This document shows, piece after piece, positions 20,776-31,161 of a stretch of 64,000 nt of DNA. The stretch is from positions 800,001 through 864,000 of the forward strand of contig OY970067.1 of NCBI GenBank assembly GCA_963705305.1, in the 5' to 3' direction. The notes beneath the pieces are model-generated. The model was not told the origin of the DNA, did not search any database, and was given only the letters and a program-made list of their open reading frames with translations. The translations under genes and the position numbers were made by a program. Source of the stretch: an uncultured Methylomirabilota bacterium. GTDB taxonomy: Bacteria; Methylomirabilota; Methylomirabilia; Methylomirabilales; 2-02-FULL-66-22. How positions within the stretch are numbered: the stretch's first letter is position 1; each line of letters opens with the position of its first letter.

Positions 20776-21204
20776 ATGCCTCCTGACTTCCTCCTCCAGT
20801 GCACGGCCTGTGGTTCCGAGACGGTCTGGGACACGGAGGCCCTGCCTCCGGTGGGCACCCCCGAGGTCGGCCATCCCGTCCTCTGGCCGTGCGACACCTG
20901 CGGCAAGGAGATACGCCACACGATCCTCGATCTCTATGTCATTTTCGACAAGCTCCATCGGGACATCTGCCTGGCCACCGAGCTGGATCGTGAGACGGTG
21001 GACCGTGTCATGAGCGAGGTCTATCGTCATCGCCAGCACGTCTCCCAAGAGGCGCCCACGGCGGGCATGGACCCCGCGCTGGAGGTCGAAGAGGTGGGAG
21101 CGGCCGCCGGCGTCCCCCTCGAGGCCGTGGAGCAGATCGCCGTCGCCGAGACGAATTGGCTGCTGCGGCGCGGCTACATCGTCGATACCGCCGTGGATTT
21201 ATGA
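20776..21204 (+). CDS. hypothetical protein with N-terminal zinc ribbon
   Basis: CTAC and CDTC pairs followed by two similar helical segments. Confidence 0.75.
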   Translation: MPPDFLLQCTACGSETVWDTEALPPVGTPEVGHPVLWPCDTCGKEIRHTILDLYVIFDKLHRDICLATELDRETVDRVMSEVYRHRQHVSQEAPTAGMDPALEVEEVGAAAGVPLEAVEQIAVAETNWLLRRGYIVDTAVDL

Positions 21205-21338
21205 CCCCCCTCCGCAGAAGAGCGTCCCTCCGGGGATCGGCCGTCCGACTGCTTGACTCCTGCCGGAATTATTGTTAGCAGTAGAGCGGGCGAGGCTGAC
21301 GGGGAGATCCCGCCGCCGGGCCTCCGTGCAGGATTGCC

Positions 21339-22754
21339 ATGGAACCGAACATCCGCAACCGACAGTGCCGACAGTGCGGCGATGCCATCCACTGGAGCGC
21401 GGTCCGTCTGGTGGGCGCTCGCACCTTCTGCAGCGAGTCCTGCGCCATCACCTGGATCGCCGAGGAGGCCTCCCGCTCCGCCTGGAACCTGACCGCCCTT
21501 CGCCTCCGGCGAGGGGCCCGCGGCCCGCGCCATCGAGGCCGGCTGGCCCTGGCGTTCGCTCAAGCCTGGGTGGCCCAGCGCCGCCTGGACCGGCGCCTGG
21601 AGGCTGGACCCCATGCCGAGAATTTGCCCTGGCTCTGGCTGCCGCCCCGCCGGGCTGCCGCCGGGCTGCTCCTGGCCGTGGTGGCCTGCGGATTGGTGGG
21701 GGGTCACTCGCCCGAAACCCGGGCCATGGTATCGCCCGAGCGCAGGCCGGTCACCCTTCCGCGCCAGATTGCCCTGACCCCTCCACCCCGGCCGCCAGAC
21801 TTTTCCAACCTGACGGAGCCGACGCCGCCGCCGCGGTTGGATGCGGATCGGCTGCTGGTCTCGCCGCCCCCGCCCTTTCCGGGCGCCCCGGAGGTTCGGC
21901 CCCATCCCGCAGTCCCCACCCCGCCCGCCGCCCCGGTGCTGCCCACGAGCGACTTCACGCGGGGAAACACCGCGCTCCGGGAGATCGCCTTCACCTTCGA
22001 CGGCGGCAGCGAGGCCAACGTCGCCAGCGAGATCCTGGACATCCTGCAGGCGCGAAACGTCCACGCGACCTTCTTCCTCACGGGGCGGTTCATCCGGACA
22101 TTCCCCGACATCGTCCGGCGCATGGTGGCCGAGGGCCACGAGGTGGGAAACCACTCGGACACGCATCCCCACCTCACGACCTATGCCCAGAACCACCGAC
22201 AGGAGACCCTCCCCACCGTGACGCGGGACTTCTTTGTCGGGCAGCTCCGCCGGGCCGACGCCAGCTTCCGCGCCTTGACCGGCAGGCCGATGGCCCCCTA
22301 CTGGCGCGCCCCCTATGGCGAGCACAACGCCCAGATCCGCGCCTGGGCCGCCGAGGCCGGCTACCGGCTGATCTCCTGGACCCGCGGGGCGGGCACTGCC
22401 GAGGATCTGGACACCCGCGATTGGGTCGCCGACCGCTCGTCCCGCATCTACCACACCCGTCAGGAGATCGCGGCACAGATCCTGGCGTTCGGGCGGGGGC
22501 GGCCCGAGGGCTTGAACGGCGGGGTCGTCCTCATGCACCTCAATTCAAACCGCCGGACCGATCGGCCCCACGAGGGCCTGCCGGAGGTCCTGAAGACCCT
22601 CCAGGCGGAAGGATACCGGATCGTCACGATCTCGGAGATGCTGGCGGGACTCCGGCCCTCGTCCGCATCTACGGCACCTCAGCCCGCACCCGAGGCCAGA
22701 GGGCGTCCGGACGCCCGGGAAGCCTCCCCCGCCCCCCGACCGGCAGCCCCCTGA
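21339..22754 (+). CDS. membrane-anchored polysaccharide deacetylase (CE4/NodB)
   Basis: TFDGG, HSDTH, RAPYG, DTRDW, VLMH motifs; N-terminal Cys cluster, TM segment, Pro-rich linker. Confidence 0.88.
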   Translation: MEPNIRNRQCRQCGDAIHWSAVRLVGARTFCSESCAITWIAEEASRSAWNLTALRLRRGARGPRHRGRLALAFAQAWVAQRRLDRRLEAGPHAENLPWLWLPPRRAAAGLLLAVVACGLVGGHSPETRAMVSPERRPVTLPRQIALTPPPRPPDFSNLTEPTPPPRLDADRLLVSPPPPFPGAPEVRPHPAVPTPPAAPVLPTSDFTRGNTALREIAFTFDGGSEANVASEILDILQARNVHATFFLTGRFIRTFPDIVRRMVAEGHEVGNHSDTHPHLTTYAQNHRQETLPTVTRDFFVGQLRRADASFRALTGRPMAPYWRAPYGEHNAQIRAWAAEAGYRLISWTRGAGTAEDLDTRDWVADRSSRIYHTRQEIAAQILAFGRGRPEGLNGGVVLMHLNSNRRTDRPHEGLPEVLKTLQAEGYRIVTISEMLAGLRPSSASTAPQPAPEARGRPDAREASPAPRPAAP

Positions 22755-23133
22755 ACCGGAGAGTTCCGTCGTCCTCCGCTCGCCGGTCTGGTGTGATAAC
22801 CTAGGGTCCATTCCCAATAGTTCGCATCACAAGTCAAAAGCCCCCGGGGACGACCCGAGAGCCCGGACCGCACCCAACCTGGCGGTTGGGTACCCGTCGG
22901 CCGGTTCCGGGGCGCCGTGGCCGCCTGTGGAGCGCCGTCAGCAGCCCTCCCTCGCCCACGGCGCGACGCGCCCGTCCGCGGGCGGCGCACATATCGCACA
23001 ATTCTCGTGGACGGGACACTAGGGCGGGTCGCTTTTCTTGCGTTTCAGGACGGGCAGGATCCAGAAGCAGTGATGCCGTCCACCCGGCTCCCCGGACGGA
23101 CGGCATCACCGGCGGCCCTTGAACTCGCCTCCG

Positions 23134-24999
23134 TCAGAGCTTTTTGGCCCGGGCGATCTCGACCCGCTGCCGCCGGCTGGCCGCCACGACCTTCCGGTTC
23201 GCCGACACCTCGGCGGTGCCCACCCGCCACCACGACGCATAATCGTGCGTCATCGACTTCGGCGTGACCTTGATGTCGATGACCGTCGACCGGCCCTCCC
23301 GCAACGCTTCCCGCACCGCACTGCGCAGCTCCTCCACCGTGCGGACGGTGAATCCCCGGGCCCCATAGCTGTCCCCGTTCCGCGCGAAGTCGATCGGGAC
23401 GTACCCGCCGGTCAGCCGCCCCGTCCGGCGGTCGCGAAACCGCCATTCGTTGCCGAATCTCGTGATGCCCTGACTGACCTGAAGGTTATCGATACACTGA
23501 AAGCCGTTGTTATCGAAGACCAGGATATTGATCTTCAGCCCCTCCATGATGCTGGTGAGGATCTCCGAGTGGAGCATCACGTAGCTGCCGTCGCCGACCA
23601 GTGCGAACACCTCGCGATCCGGCTCTGCCATCTTCGCCCCCAGGGCCGCCGCAATCTCGTATCCCATGCAGGAGAAGCCGTATTCCATGTGGTAGGTGTC
23701 CGTCGCGCGGGGCCGCCAGACCCGCTGGAGGTCCCCCGGCAGGCTGCCGGAGGCCCCGATGACGATCGCGCTCTTGGGCAGCAGCCGCTCGTTCAGCTCG
23801 CCGAGGCAGCGGGTCTGGGACAGGCCCGCGGGGTCATCCTCTGCGTATAGGCGATCCACCTCCGCCATCCAGGCCGCCCTGGCGTTCCGGATCTGGCGGG
23901 TGTAGGCGGATGCATATCCGACCCGGCGGAGCGCCCTGGTCAGCGCGGTGAGCGCCGCCCGGGCGTCGCCGATCACAGGGATGGCGTTCATCTTGTGGGC
24001 GTCGAAGCCGTTCGCGTTGATGTCCAGAATTTGCACAGTGGGATTCTGGAACAACCACTTGGAGCTGGTCGTGAAATCCCCCAGCCGCGTCCCGACGGCC
24101 AGGACCAGATCGGCCTCCCGGGCGATGGTATTGGCGGCGAGCGAGCCGGTGACCCCGATGCCGCCCAGGTTGAAGGCGTGGTCCCAGGGCAGCGACCCTT
24201 TGCCCGCCTGGGTTTCGGCGAACGGGATGTTGAACGCCGCGCAGAACGTCCCCAGGGCGCGCTCCGCCCCCGAGTACCGCACGCCGCCCCCGCAGATGAC
24301 GAGCGGCTTCTTCCGCCGTGTGATGAGCGCGACCGCCCGCTCGATCTCCGCGGCATCGGGGACGCGGCGCAGCAGATGGTGCACGCGTTTCCGGAGGAAT
24401 GACTCCGGATAGTCATATGATTCTCCCTGGACATCCTGGGGGAGGGCCAGGGTGACTGCCCCGGTCTCGGCCGGATCCGTCAGAACCCGCATGGCGTTGA
24501 CGCAGGCGCTCATGAGCTGTTCCGGCCGGGTGATCCGATCCCAGTACTGGCTGACGGCCTTGAACGCATCGTTGGCCGTGACATTGGGATCGTAGAACTG
24601 CTCCACCTGCTGGAGCACCGGATCCGGCTGGCGGCAGGCAAAGGTGTCGCCGGGGAGAAACAGCACCGGGATGCGATTCACCGTGGCCGTGGCCGCGGCC
24701 GTGACCATGTTGAGCGCCCCCGGCCCGATCGAGCTGGTCACGGCCAAGATCTGTCGGCGCCTCAGCTGCTTCGCATAGGCAATGGCGGCGTGCGCCATCC
24801 CCTGCTCGTTGTGCCCCTGGTAATACGTGAGCCCATGCGAGCCGTCCGCCAGCGCCTCGCCGAGCCCGACCACATTGCCGTGGCCGAAGATCCCGAACAC
24901 CCCCCGGACGAACTTCGTCTCGACCCCGTCCGCCTCAAGATATTGACGGTCGAGGAATTGCACCAGCGCCTGCGCCATGGTCAATCGCACCGTGTTCAT
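23134..24999 (-). CDS. iolD: 3D-(3,5/4)-trihydroxycyclohexane-1,2-dione acylhydrolase
   Basis: [40 protein letters not shown]. Confidence 0.95.
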   Translation of the reverse strand: MNTVRLTMAQALVQFLDRQYLEADGVETKFVRGVFGIFGHGNVVGLGEALADGSHGLTYYQGHNEQGMAHAAIAYAKQLRRRQILAVTSSIGPGALNMVTAAATATVNRIPVLFLPGDTFACRQPDPVLQQVEQFYDPNVTANDAFKAVSQYWDRITRPEQLMSACVNAMRVLTDPAETGAVTLALPQDVQGESYDYPESFLRKRVHHLLRRVPDAAEIERAVALITRRKKPLVICGGGVRYSGAERALGTFCAAFNIPFAETQAGKGSLPWDHAFNLGGIGVTGSLAANTIAREADLVLAVGTRLGDFTTSSKWLFQNPTVQILDINANGFDAHKMNAIPVIGDARAALTALTRALRRVGYASAYTRQIRNARAAWMAEVDRLYAEDDPAGLSQTRCLGELNERLLPKSAIVIGASGSLPGDLQRVWRPRATDTYHMEYGFSCMGYEIAAALGAKMAEPDREVFALVGDGSYVMLHSEILTSIMEGLKINILVFDNNGFQCIDNLQVSQGITRFGNEWRFRDRRTGRLTGGYVPIDFARNGDSYGARGFTVRTVEELRSAVREALREGRSTVIDIKVTPKSMTHDYASWWRVGTAEVSANRKVVAASRRQRVEIARAKKL

Positions 25000-25183
25000 C
25001 CCACACCCCCTCGCGGGTCGCCTCTCCGCCCGCGGAGCTGCCGCCGGACGTGTCCTCCGTGCGCCCGGAACCGCCGGGAGGCCGGACGCCTCGCCCGTCG
25101 GGTCGAGGCGGCCAAGCATCGCGCGGGCGGTTTTGCGGTGTCAAGGCCAAAGCCGGACCGCACCGGCCGCCGCCCGGGGCGGC

Positions 25184-26581
25184 TCAGCCCGCCTGGGCAA
25201 GGTGGCGCGCGAAACGCCGCGCGACCCAGACGTGCACCCGGGCCTGCGTCAGCTCGTAGAGACGCCAGGGCAGCCGGGGCCGATAGTCATGAATGGCGAG
25301 GATGAGACAGGAGCCATGCAGCAGCTCGCGGAATTCCAGGCGCGGGCGCTGGGTGGCGAGCTCGACCTTCCGAGCCAGAAGACCCCCGGTGATATAGAAG
25401 ACCTGCCGATCGGAAGACTGGCTGCGGTCCCGCGCGAACTGATGCTCCAGCAGGGTAATCCGCGGGAAGACCAGCACGATCCGGACGTTCTTCTCCGCAT
25501 CCGTCTCGGCCCGGATGACCCGCTGCAGGAGGCGGGGCAGCCAGGCGCTATACTCCTCCGCGGCCCAGCGGGCGCTCCTCCCCGCCGGCAGCGGCAGGCG
25601 CTGGACGGACCGGACGTGGAACGCCCCTCCTCGCCGGACCCCGGAGGCCCTCCATGCCGGGGTCGTCCCCCCGCCTCTCTCCGTCAGCGCCGCTCGGACC
25701 GCGGCGTCAAAGTCCATGCCCGGCACACCCGCCGCCTCCTGGAAACGGCGATCGCGGACGACCATCGGGTGCCGCAGGCTCTCGAGCAGGGGGCCGACGA
25801 GCTGCGGCGGGACCCCCGTGACCTGCGCGACCCAGTACCGGCACCACCGCGTCCCGCGCAGCGGGAGCTCGAGGAAGGTGCGCGGCAGGCCGCAGAGCGC
25901 CGCGACTCGCTCGAGCATGCGCCGGTACGACAGCACCTCACGGCAGCCCACGTCGAAGTGCCGGCTCTCGCCGCCGGGATGGTCGAGGCAGTAGGCCAGC
26001 AGGTCCAGCACGTCGCCCAGGGCGATGGGCTGCGTGGGGGTGCGGGCCCAGCGGGCGCAGGGGATGACGCGAAGGCGTCGCACCAGCCGCACCAGGATCT
26101 CGAAGGAGGAGCCCCCGGCTCCGACGATAAGGCCCGCGCGCAGCGTGGTCACGGGCACCCCGCGCGCGCGCAGCGTCTCCTCAACCTCCAGTCGGCTCAC
26201 CAGATGGGAGGACAGGCCGGGGATGTCGGGCGTCAGCCCCCCCAGGTAGACGATCTGGCGCACGCCGGCCTGGGCCGCAGCCCGGGCGAAGTTATCGGCG
26301 ATGACGAGGTCCAAGTCCTGGAAAGCGCCCTGGGTCAGCGGAGCCGAGGGCAGCATGGAGTGGACGAGGAAGACCGCCTGGTCCGCGCCGTCCAGCGCCG
26401 CCTCGCACTCCAGGAGAGAGAACAGGTCGCAGCGCCGCCACTCGATGCCGGGATGCGGGGGCGGCGCGATCGGCGACCGCGTCAGGCCGATGACCCGGCA
26501 GCGGCCGGCCAGGCGCGCGGCCAGCGACCGGCCCACGAAGCCCGTGGCCCCGGCGATGAGCACGGTGGATGTGCGGGCCAT
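25184..26581 (-). CDS. atypical SDR / NAD(P)H-binding protein (YbjT-like)
   Basis: GATGFVG, LVHSM, HLVSRLEVE, GSSFEIL, TQPIA. Confidence 0.85.
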   Translation of the reverse strand: MARTSTVLIAGATGFVGRSLAARLAGRCRVIGLTRSPIAPPPHPGIEWRRCDLFSLLECEAALDGADQAVFLVHSMLPSAPLTQGAFQDLDLVIADNFARAAAQAGVRQIVYLGGLTPDIPGLSSHLVSRLEVEETLRARGVPVTTLRAGLIVGAGGSSFEILVRLVRRLRVIPCARWARTPTQPIALGDVLDLLAYCLDHPGGESRHFDVGCREVLSYRRMLERVAALCGLPRTFLELPLRGTRWCRYWVAQVTGVPPQLVGPLLESLRHPMVVRDRRFQEAAGVPGMDFDAAVRAALTERGGGTTPAWRASGVRRGGAFHVRSVQRLPLPAGRSARWAAEEYSAWLPRLLQRVIRAETDAEKNVRIVLVFPRITLLEHQFARDRSQSSDRQVFYITGGLLARKVELATQRPRLEFRELLHGSCLILAIHDYRPRLPWRLYELTQARVHVWVARRFARHLAQAG

Positions 26582-26631
26582 CGGCACCCTCGGAAACGGG
26601 GGACACCCGCAAAGACAGGAGACGGAGGGAA

Positions 26632-26662
26632 ACGGGGTGAGGGGAATTTCCCCCCACCCCGT
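26632..26662 (-). terminator. GC-rich hairpin downstream of gltA
   Basis: ACGGGGTGAGGGGAA / TTCCCCCCACCCCGT inverted repeat; no clear U tract. Confidence 0.45.
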
Positions 26663-26695
26663 CCATCACGCGGCCCGGCGGCATCCCCGCCCCGG

Positions 26696-28015
26696 CTAGG
26701 CCTTGACCGTCCGCTTTTCGATGGGCTCGAAGTCGCGGATCGCCGTCCCCGTGTAGACCTGCCGGGGGCGGGCGATCTTCTGCTCCGGATCGTTCATCAT
26801 CTCTTCCCACTGGGCCACCCAGCCGGCCATGCGGGGCACCGCGAAGACCACCGTGAAGTACTCGCTGGGCATGCCCATGGCCTCGTAGATGATCCCGGAG
26901 TAGAAATCCACATTCGGGAACAGCTTTCGAGAGACGAAGTAGTCGTCCTCCAGCGCGATCCGCTCCAGCTCCATCGCCAGGTCGATCAGCGGGTTCCGCC
27001 CGGTGACCTCGAAGACCTCCTCTGCCAGTCTTTTGATCACCTTGGCCCGGGGGTCGTAGTTCTTGTAGACCCGGTGGCCGAACCCCATCAGGAGCGCCTT
27101 GCGCTCCTTCACGTCCTTGATGAACTGCGGCACGTTCGCCTTCGAGCTAATCTGTCGGAGCATCCGGAGCACCGCCTCATTGGCCCCGCCGTGAAGCGGC
27201 CCGAACAAAGCGGAGGCGGCGGAGGCGGCGGCACAGTAGGGGTCCGACTGGGCGCTGGCCACGACCCGCATGGCGTTGGCGCTGCAGTTCTGCTCGTGGT
27301 CGGCATGGAGGATAAAGAGCACATCCAGGGCCTTCTCCAGGACGGGGCTCGGGGTGTACTTGCACTCGGCCATCCGCCACAGCATGTTCATGAAGTTCCC
27401 GACATAGCTCAGATCGTTATCGGGCATCACGTACGGCAGACCCTTGGTGTGCCGGTAGGCCATGGCACCCAGGGTGGCCACCTTGGCGATGAGGCGGTAA
27501 ATCTGTAGGCGCCGGTTCTCGGCGTTCTGCACTTCGCGCGCGTCGGGGTAGAAGCTGGACAGGGCTGCCAGGCTGCTGACCAGCATGGGCATGGGATGGG
27601 CATCGTAGTGAAACCCGTCCAGGATTTTCTTCACGTTCTCGTGCACCATCTCGTGGGTGATGATGTGGTGCACCCAGTCGCCGTACTGGACTCTGGTGGG
27701 CAGCTCGCCGTGCACCAGCAGATAGGCGACCTCCATGTAATTGCTCTGCTCCGCCAGCTGCTCGATCGGGTAGCCCCGGTAGCGCAGGATGCCCCGCTCC
27801 CCATCGATGAACGTGATGGCGCTCCGGCACGAAGCGCTGTTGAGGAACGCGGGATCGAAGCTCATCAGGCCAAAGTCATCATCCGACACCTTGATGTTCC
27901 GGAGATCGGCGCCCCGGATGGACGCACCGTACGTCGGAAAGGTGCCGTAGTGGATGGGAACCTCGTAGGTCTTGCCGGTACGATTGTCGGTAATACTCAC
28001 GCTGTCCTTGGCCAT
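26696..28015 (-). CDS. gltA: citrate synthase
   Basis: YRGYPIEQL, HADHEQN, GPLHGGANE, MGFGHRVYK, PNVDFYSG. Confidence 0.98.
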   Translation of the reverse strand: MAKDSVSITDNRTGKTYEVPIHYGTFPTYGASIRGADLRNIKVSDDDFGLMSFDPAFLNSASCRSAITFIDGERGILRYRGYPIEQLAEQSNYMEVAYLLVHGELPTRVQYGDWVHHIITHEMVHENVKKILDGFHYDAHPMPMLVSSLAALSSFYPDAREVQNAENRRLQIYRLIAKVATLGAMAYRHTKGLPYVMPDNDLSYVGNFMNMLWRMAECKYTPSPVLEKALDVLFILHADHEQNCSANAMRVVASAQSDPYCAAASAASALFGPLHGGANEAVLRMLRQISSKANVPQFIKDVKERKALLMGFGHRVYKNYDPRAKVIKRLAEEVFEVTGRNPLIDLAMELERIALEDDYFVSRKLFPNVDFYSGIIYEAMGMPSEYFTVVFAVPRMAGWVAQWEEMMNDPEQKIARPRQVYTGTAIRDFEPIEKRTVKA

Positions 28016-28444
28016 GAGCCCCCTCCTTCCCGGTCCATCCGGGGTCGCACAAGAAAATCGAAACCGTCCGTGAACAACCGCGGCAGGCTAAAAGTAGGAT
28101 ACCCCAACGACCCTGCGAGCGCCAAGGAAACTTCCATTCTTCGTCCTGAGTGGCGATCCTGTTCCAGCCAGAGCCGGCGTGCGGCTCACGGAGCGTGGGC
28201 GGCTGCCCTCCCGGGGCTTCTCCATCGAGCTCCGCCCATGGCTTTCCATCCGATTCGCGCGCCGACCCAAAGAATGGAGGGGCCGGTTCGACAACATCGT
28301 CGAGGCTCTCGAATATTTCGTCGAGGTCATGCGGCTGCCCTCGGTCAGGAGGCCAGGATCGGTGGGTGAATCAGGAGGCGTAACCCATTGAATACGCAAT
28401 GATGATCGCAAGTCCCTGTGGCATGGGGCGCGGCCGAAGGCCTC

Positions 28445-28459
28445 TGGCACGCGGATTGC
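28445..28459 (+). promoter_or_regulatory. sigma54 -24/-12 promoter
   Basis: TGGCACGCGGATTGC matches TGGCAC-N5-TTGC, about 80 bp upstream of the 28537 gene; a sigma54 activator is encoded downstream. Confidence 0.85.
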
Positions 28460-28536
28460 CCTTCTCTGTGTGCAGAGCGAGCTTTCACGAGAATGGCCGA
28501 TCACTGGCCTCGTTCACGAAAGGAGGAGGATTCGAA

Positions 28537-29004
28537 ATGAAGAAAATCCTGGGTGTGGCGCTGGCGGCGGTATTGGTGCTGGGTGCAGGCGGAGCAGCCA
28601 TGGCATGGTGGGGAGGGCCAGGAATGGGCTACGGCTATGGGCCGGGAATGATGGGCTACGGTTTCCCGGAGCAGGGCGGCGGGTGGGGCCCCGGCGCAAT
28701 GGGTCCGCGGGGCGGCTGGGGACGCGGTGGATATGGTCCTGGGGGCGGCCCGTGCTGGGGCGGGAATCAGGGGGCTGCTGGGGTGAACGCCCCCGCCATC
28801 GACGAAGCCAAGGCCAAGGAGATCGCCTCCGACTACGTGAGCAAGAGTCTGCCCGGTTACACCGTCGAGAAGCTGGTCCGCTTCGAGCGGCCTCGCGGTC
28901 CGATGTACCAGGTGGAGGTCAAGGGCCCCAAGGGTGAGGTAGGCTACCTCACCATCAATCCCTTCGGGTACGTGCTCCCCATCGGGATGGGCCGCGCCCT
29001 GTGA
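28537..29004 (+). CDS. exported Gly/Met/aromatic-rich protein with C-terminal PepSY-like domain
   Basis: Strong RBS, Sec signal ending AMA, GMMG-type low-complexity tract, IDEAKAKEIA...YQVEV...INPFG. Confidence 0.85.
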   Translation: MKKILGVALAAVLVLGAGGAAMAWWGGPGMGYGYGPGMMGYGFPEQGGGWGPGAMGPRGGWGRGGYGPGGGPCWGGNQGAAGVNAPAIDEAKAKEIASDYVSKSLPGYTVEKLVRFERPRGPMYQVEVKGPKGEVGYLTINPFGYVLPIGMGRAL

Positions 29005-29015
29005 GGCCGAACTCC

Positions 29016-29046
29016 GCCGGGGGCCGATGACTTTCCGGCCCCCGGC
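29016..29046 (+). terminator. hairpin after the exported protein gene
   Basis: GCCGGGGGCCG...CGGCCCCCGGC 11-bp stem. Confidence 0.5.
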
Positions 29047-29201
29047 AGCCACGCCTTGCGAGCCTGGCCTCCTCGGTCCGCGGCCGCCACGCCGTTGCGT
29101 CACCGCCAGCGGACCCTGTCATCCGTCCCGGCCGCGTCCCCGGCTGGTGAGACCGTGAAGAGTATGTTAGGCTTGGTGGCCGGCACGCTCTGGAGGTCTC
29201 C

Positions 29202-31133
29202 ATGGCCGCTCCAACACATCCCCGCCTCCGATCGGCCCTGGCCTGGCCGGCCTTGCTGGCCACCGTCCTGCTGCTCATCCTTCTTTTCGGCGGCTATACC
29301 CTTGTGGAGTCGCGCCGGCTGCAAGCGAGTCTCGCCCACGAGCTCCAGAACCGGGCCGTGGCCCTCATCGGGGTCCTCGAGGCCACCAGCAAGAACGCCA
29401 TTGCCAGTAACGCCCTCCTGGAAGAGCTCCTCGCCCAGCGGCTCCTGGACAACGCCCGGTTCGTGGATTTCCTGCTCGGTAGAAGCCCCCGGGCTCCGGA
29501 GCTGATCCAGCGCCTCGTCGCCGAGAACCGGCTTGCCAAGGTGGAACTGCTTGATGCCGAGGGGCGTCCCGTTCCCATTTCCCGCATCCAGACCTCCCTG
29601 GCCCGACCCTGGGCAGGGCAGGGCGGCCCCTTTTCCAGGGGAGGCTTCGGGCGGGGACATGGTGGCGCGTCGGAAGGCGGGCCGGCTTCGGTCCCTCCTG
29701 GCTTCCGCGGCGGCATGGGACAGATGATGCAGGGCGGGATGATGGCCCCACCCGCGGAAGGCGGGCCGCGCGGTCCGGGGGGGCCGCGGGCCGGCGGGAT
29801 GCCCTTCATGTGGGGGGACCGCTGGTGGGGTGGGATGCACGCCGATCCCTCGGTCCTGTTCCCCTCCCTTCCCAAAGGGGCGAAGATCCGGCGCTTCTGG
29901 GAGGGCAGCGGATTCGGAGTCGCCATCCCGGCCCAGAGCTTCCGGGGGATCATCGCCGTCCATGCCGATGCCGATGACTTGGTCAACTTCCGCCGCCAAG
30001 TAGGGGTCGAGCACCTCATCGAGGAGCTGGGCCACCAGTCCGGCGTGGCCGGTGTGGCGCTCTTGGATCGGGATTTCACGGTGCTGGCCAGTACCGATTC
30101 TGCCGTGGTGGGCCGCCGCGAGGACGACCCCTTCCTGCGCACGGTCTGGCAGGCGGGCGCCGTGCGGGGACGGCAACTCCGGCTGCCGGACGGGCGTGAG
30201 GCGTACGAGGTCGTGAAGCCCTTCACGCTGCAGGAGGGCCACGCCGGCCTCATCCGCCTCGATATGAGCATGGCCGGCCTGACCGCCGTGGCCCGGCAGG
30301 CTCAGCGCAGCATCCTCTGGTACAGCCTCGGACTCCTGGCGGTCGGGGTCGTCGGCGCCGCGGGAATCTTTTGGGTCCAGGCGCGCCACCTGGCGGAGCG
30401 CCGCGCGCTGGAGGGGGCCATGGCACGGGAGCAGCGCCTGTCGGCCGTGGGGAACCTGGCCGCCGGGGTGGCGCACGAGATCCGCAACCCCCTGAACGCC
30501 ATCTCCATCGGCCTGCAGCGTCTGCGCCTGGAGTTCGCCCAACCGGACCCGGAGACCCAGGCGGAGTATTCCCGGTTCACCGAGATCATGCAGGCCGAGG
30601 TGGCGCGCCTCAACGGCATCGTGGATCGTTTTCTCGCCCTGGCGCGGCCGTCGCGTCTGACACTGGCGGAGGAGGAGCTGGCGCCGGTCCTGACCGATCT
30701 TTTGACGCTGCTGTCCTCGCAAGCGGAGGCCCAGAGGGTCACGGTGGCGCCCGATCTCCGTCTGGGGCCGGCCCGCGTCCGCATGGACCGGCAGGCCCTC
30801 GTCCACGCGCTGATGAACGTGCTGCTGAACGCCCTTCAGGCCATGCCGAACGGCGGGACTCTCGGGATCCAGGCCGCGGTCGAGCCCGCCTCAAATGCTC
30901 CGCAGCGGCAGGCCTGCATCCGGATCTCGGACAGCGGAGCGGGCATTTCGCCGGAACATCTGGAGCGGATCTTCGAGCCCTACTTCACCACCAAGGAGGG
31001 GGGAACGGGCCTGGGTCTGGCCCTGGCCCGGAAGGGCATCCTGGAGCACGAGGGCAGCATCCAGGCGGAGAGCCGGCCGGGAGGCGGCGCGAGCTTCACC
31101 ATCCGTCTGCCGGTGACACCCGGCCAAGTGTAG
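29202..31133 (+). CDS. sensor histidine kinase (ZraS/AtoS-like)
   Basis: 2 TM segments, AHEIRNPL, NALQAM, DSGAG, FTTK, GTGLGL. Confidence 0.95.
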   Translation: MAAPTHPRLRSALAWPALLATVLLLILLFGGYTLVESRRLQASLAHELQNRAVALIGVLEATSKNAIASNALLEELLAQRLLDNARFVDFLLGRSPRAPELIQRLVAENRLAKVELLDAEGRPVPISRIQTSLARPWAGQGGPFSRGGFGRGHGGASEGGPASVPPGFRGGMGQMMQGGMMAPPAEGGPRGPGGPRAGGMPFMWGDRWWGGMHADPSVLFPSLPKGAKIRRFWEGSGFGVAIPAQSFRGIIAVHADADDLVNFRRQVGVEHLIEELGHQSGVAGVALLDRDFTVLASTDSAVVGRREDDPFLRTVWQAGAVRGRQLRLPDGREAYEVVKPFTLQEGHAGLIRLDMSMAGLTAVARQAQRSILWYSLGLLAVGVVGAAGIFWVQARHLAERRALEGAMAREQRLSAVGNLAAGVAHEIRNPLNAISIGLQRLRLEFAQPDPETQAEYSRFTEIMQAEVARLNGIVDRFLALARPSRLTLAEEELAPVLTDLLTLLSSQAEAQRVTVAPDLRLGPARVRMDRQALVHALMNVLLNALQAMPNGGTLGIQAAVEPASNAPQRQACIRISDSGAGISPEHLERIFEPYFTTKEGGTGLGLALARKGILEHEGSIQAESRPGGGASFTIRLPVTPGQV

Positions 31134-31161
31134 CCGCGTGCCGGAGCGAGGGGCCACAGCC

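Noticed and set aside
28179..28391. 70-aa ORF upstream of the sigma54 promoter
   Set aside because: No clear RBS or recognisable motif; the region more likely holds activator-binding and gltA promoter sequences
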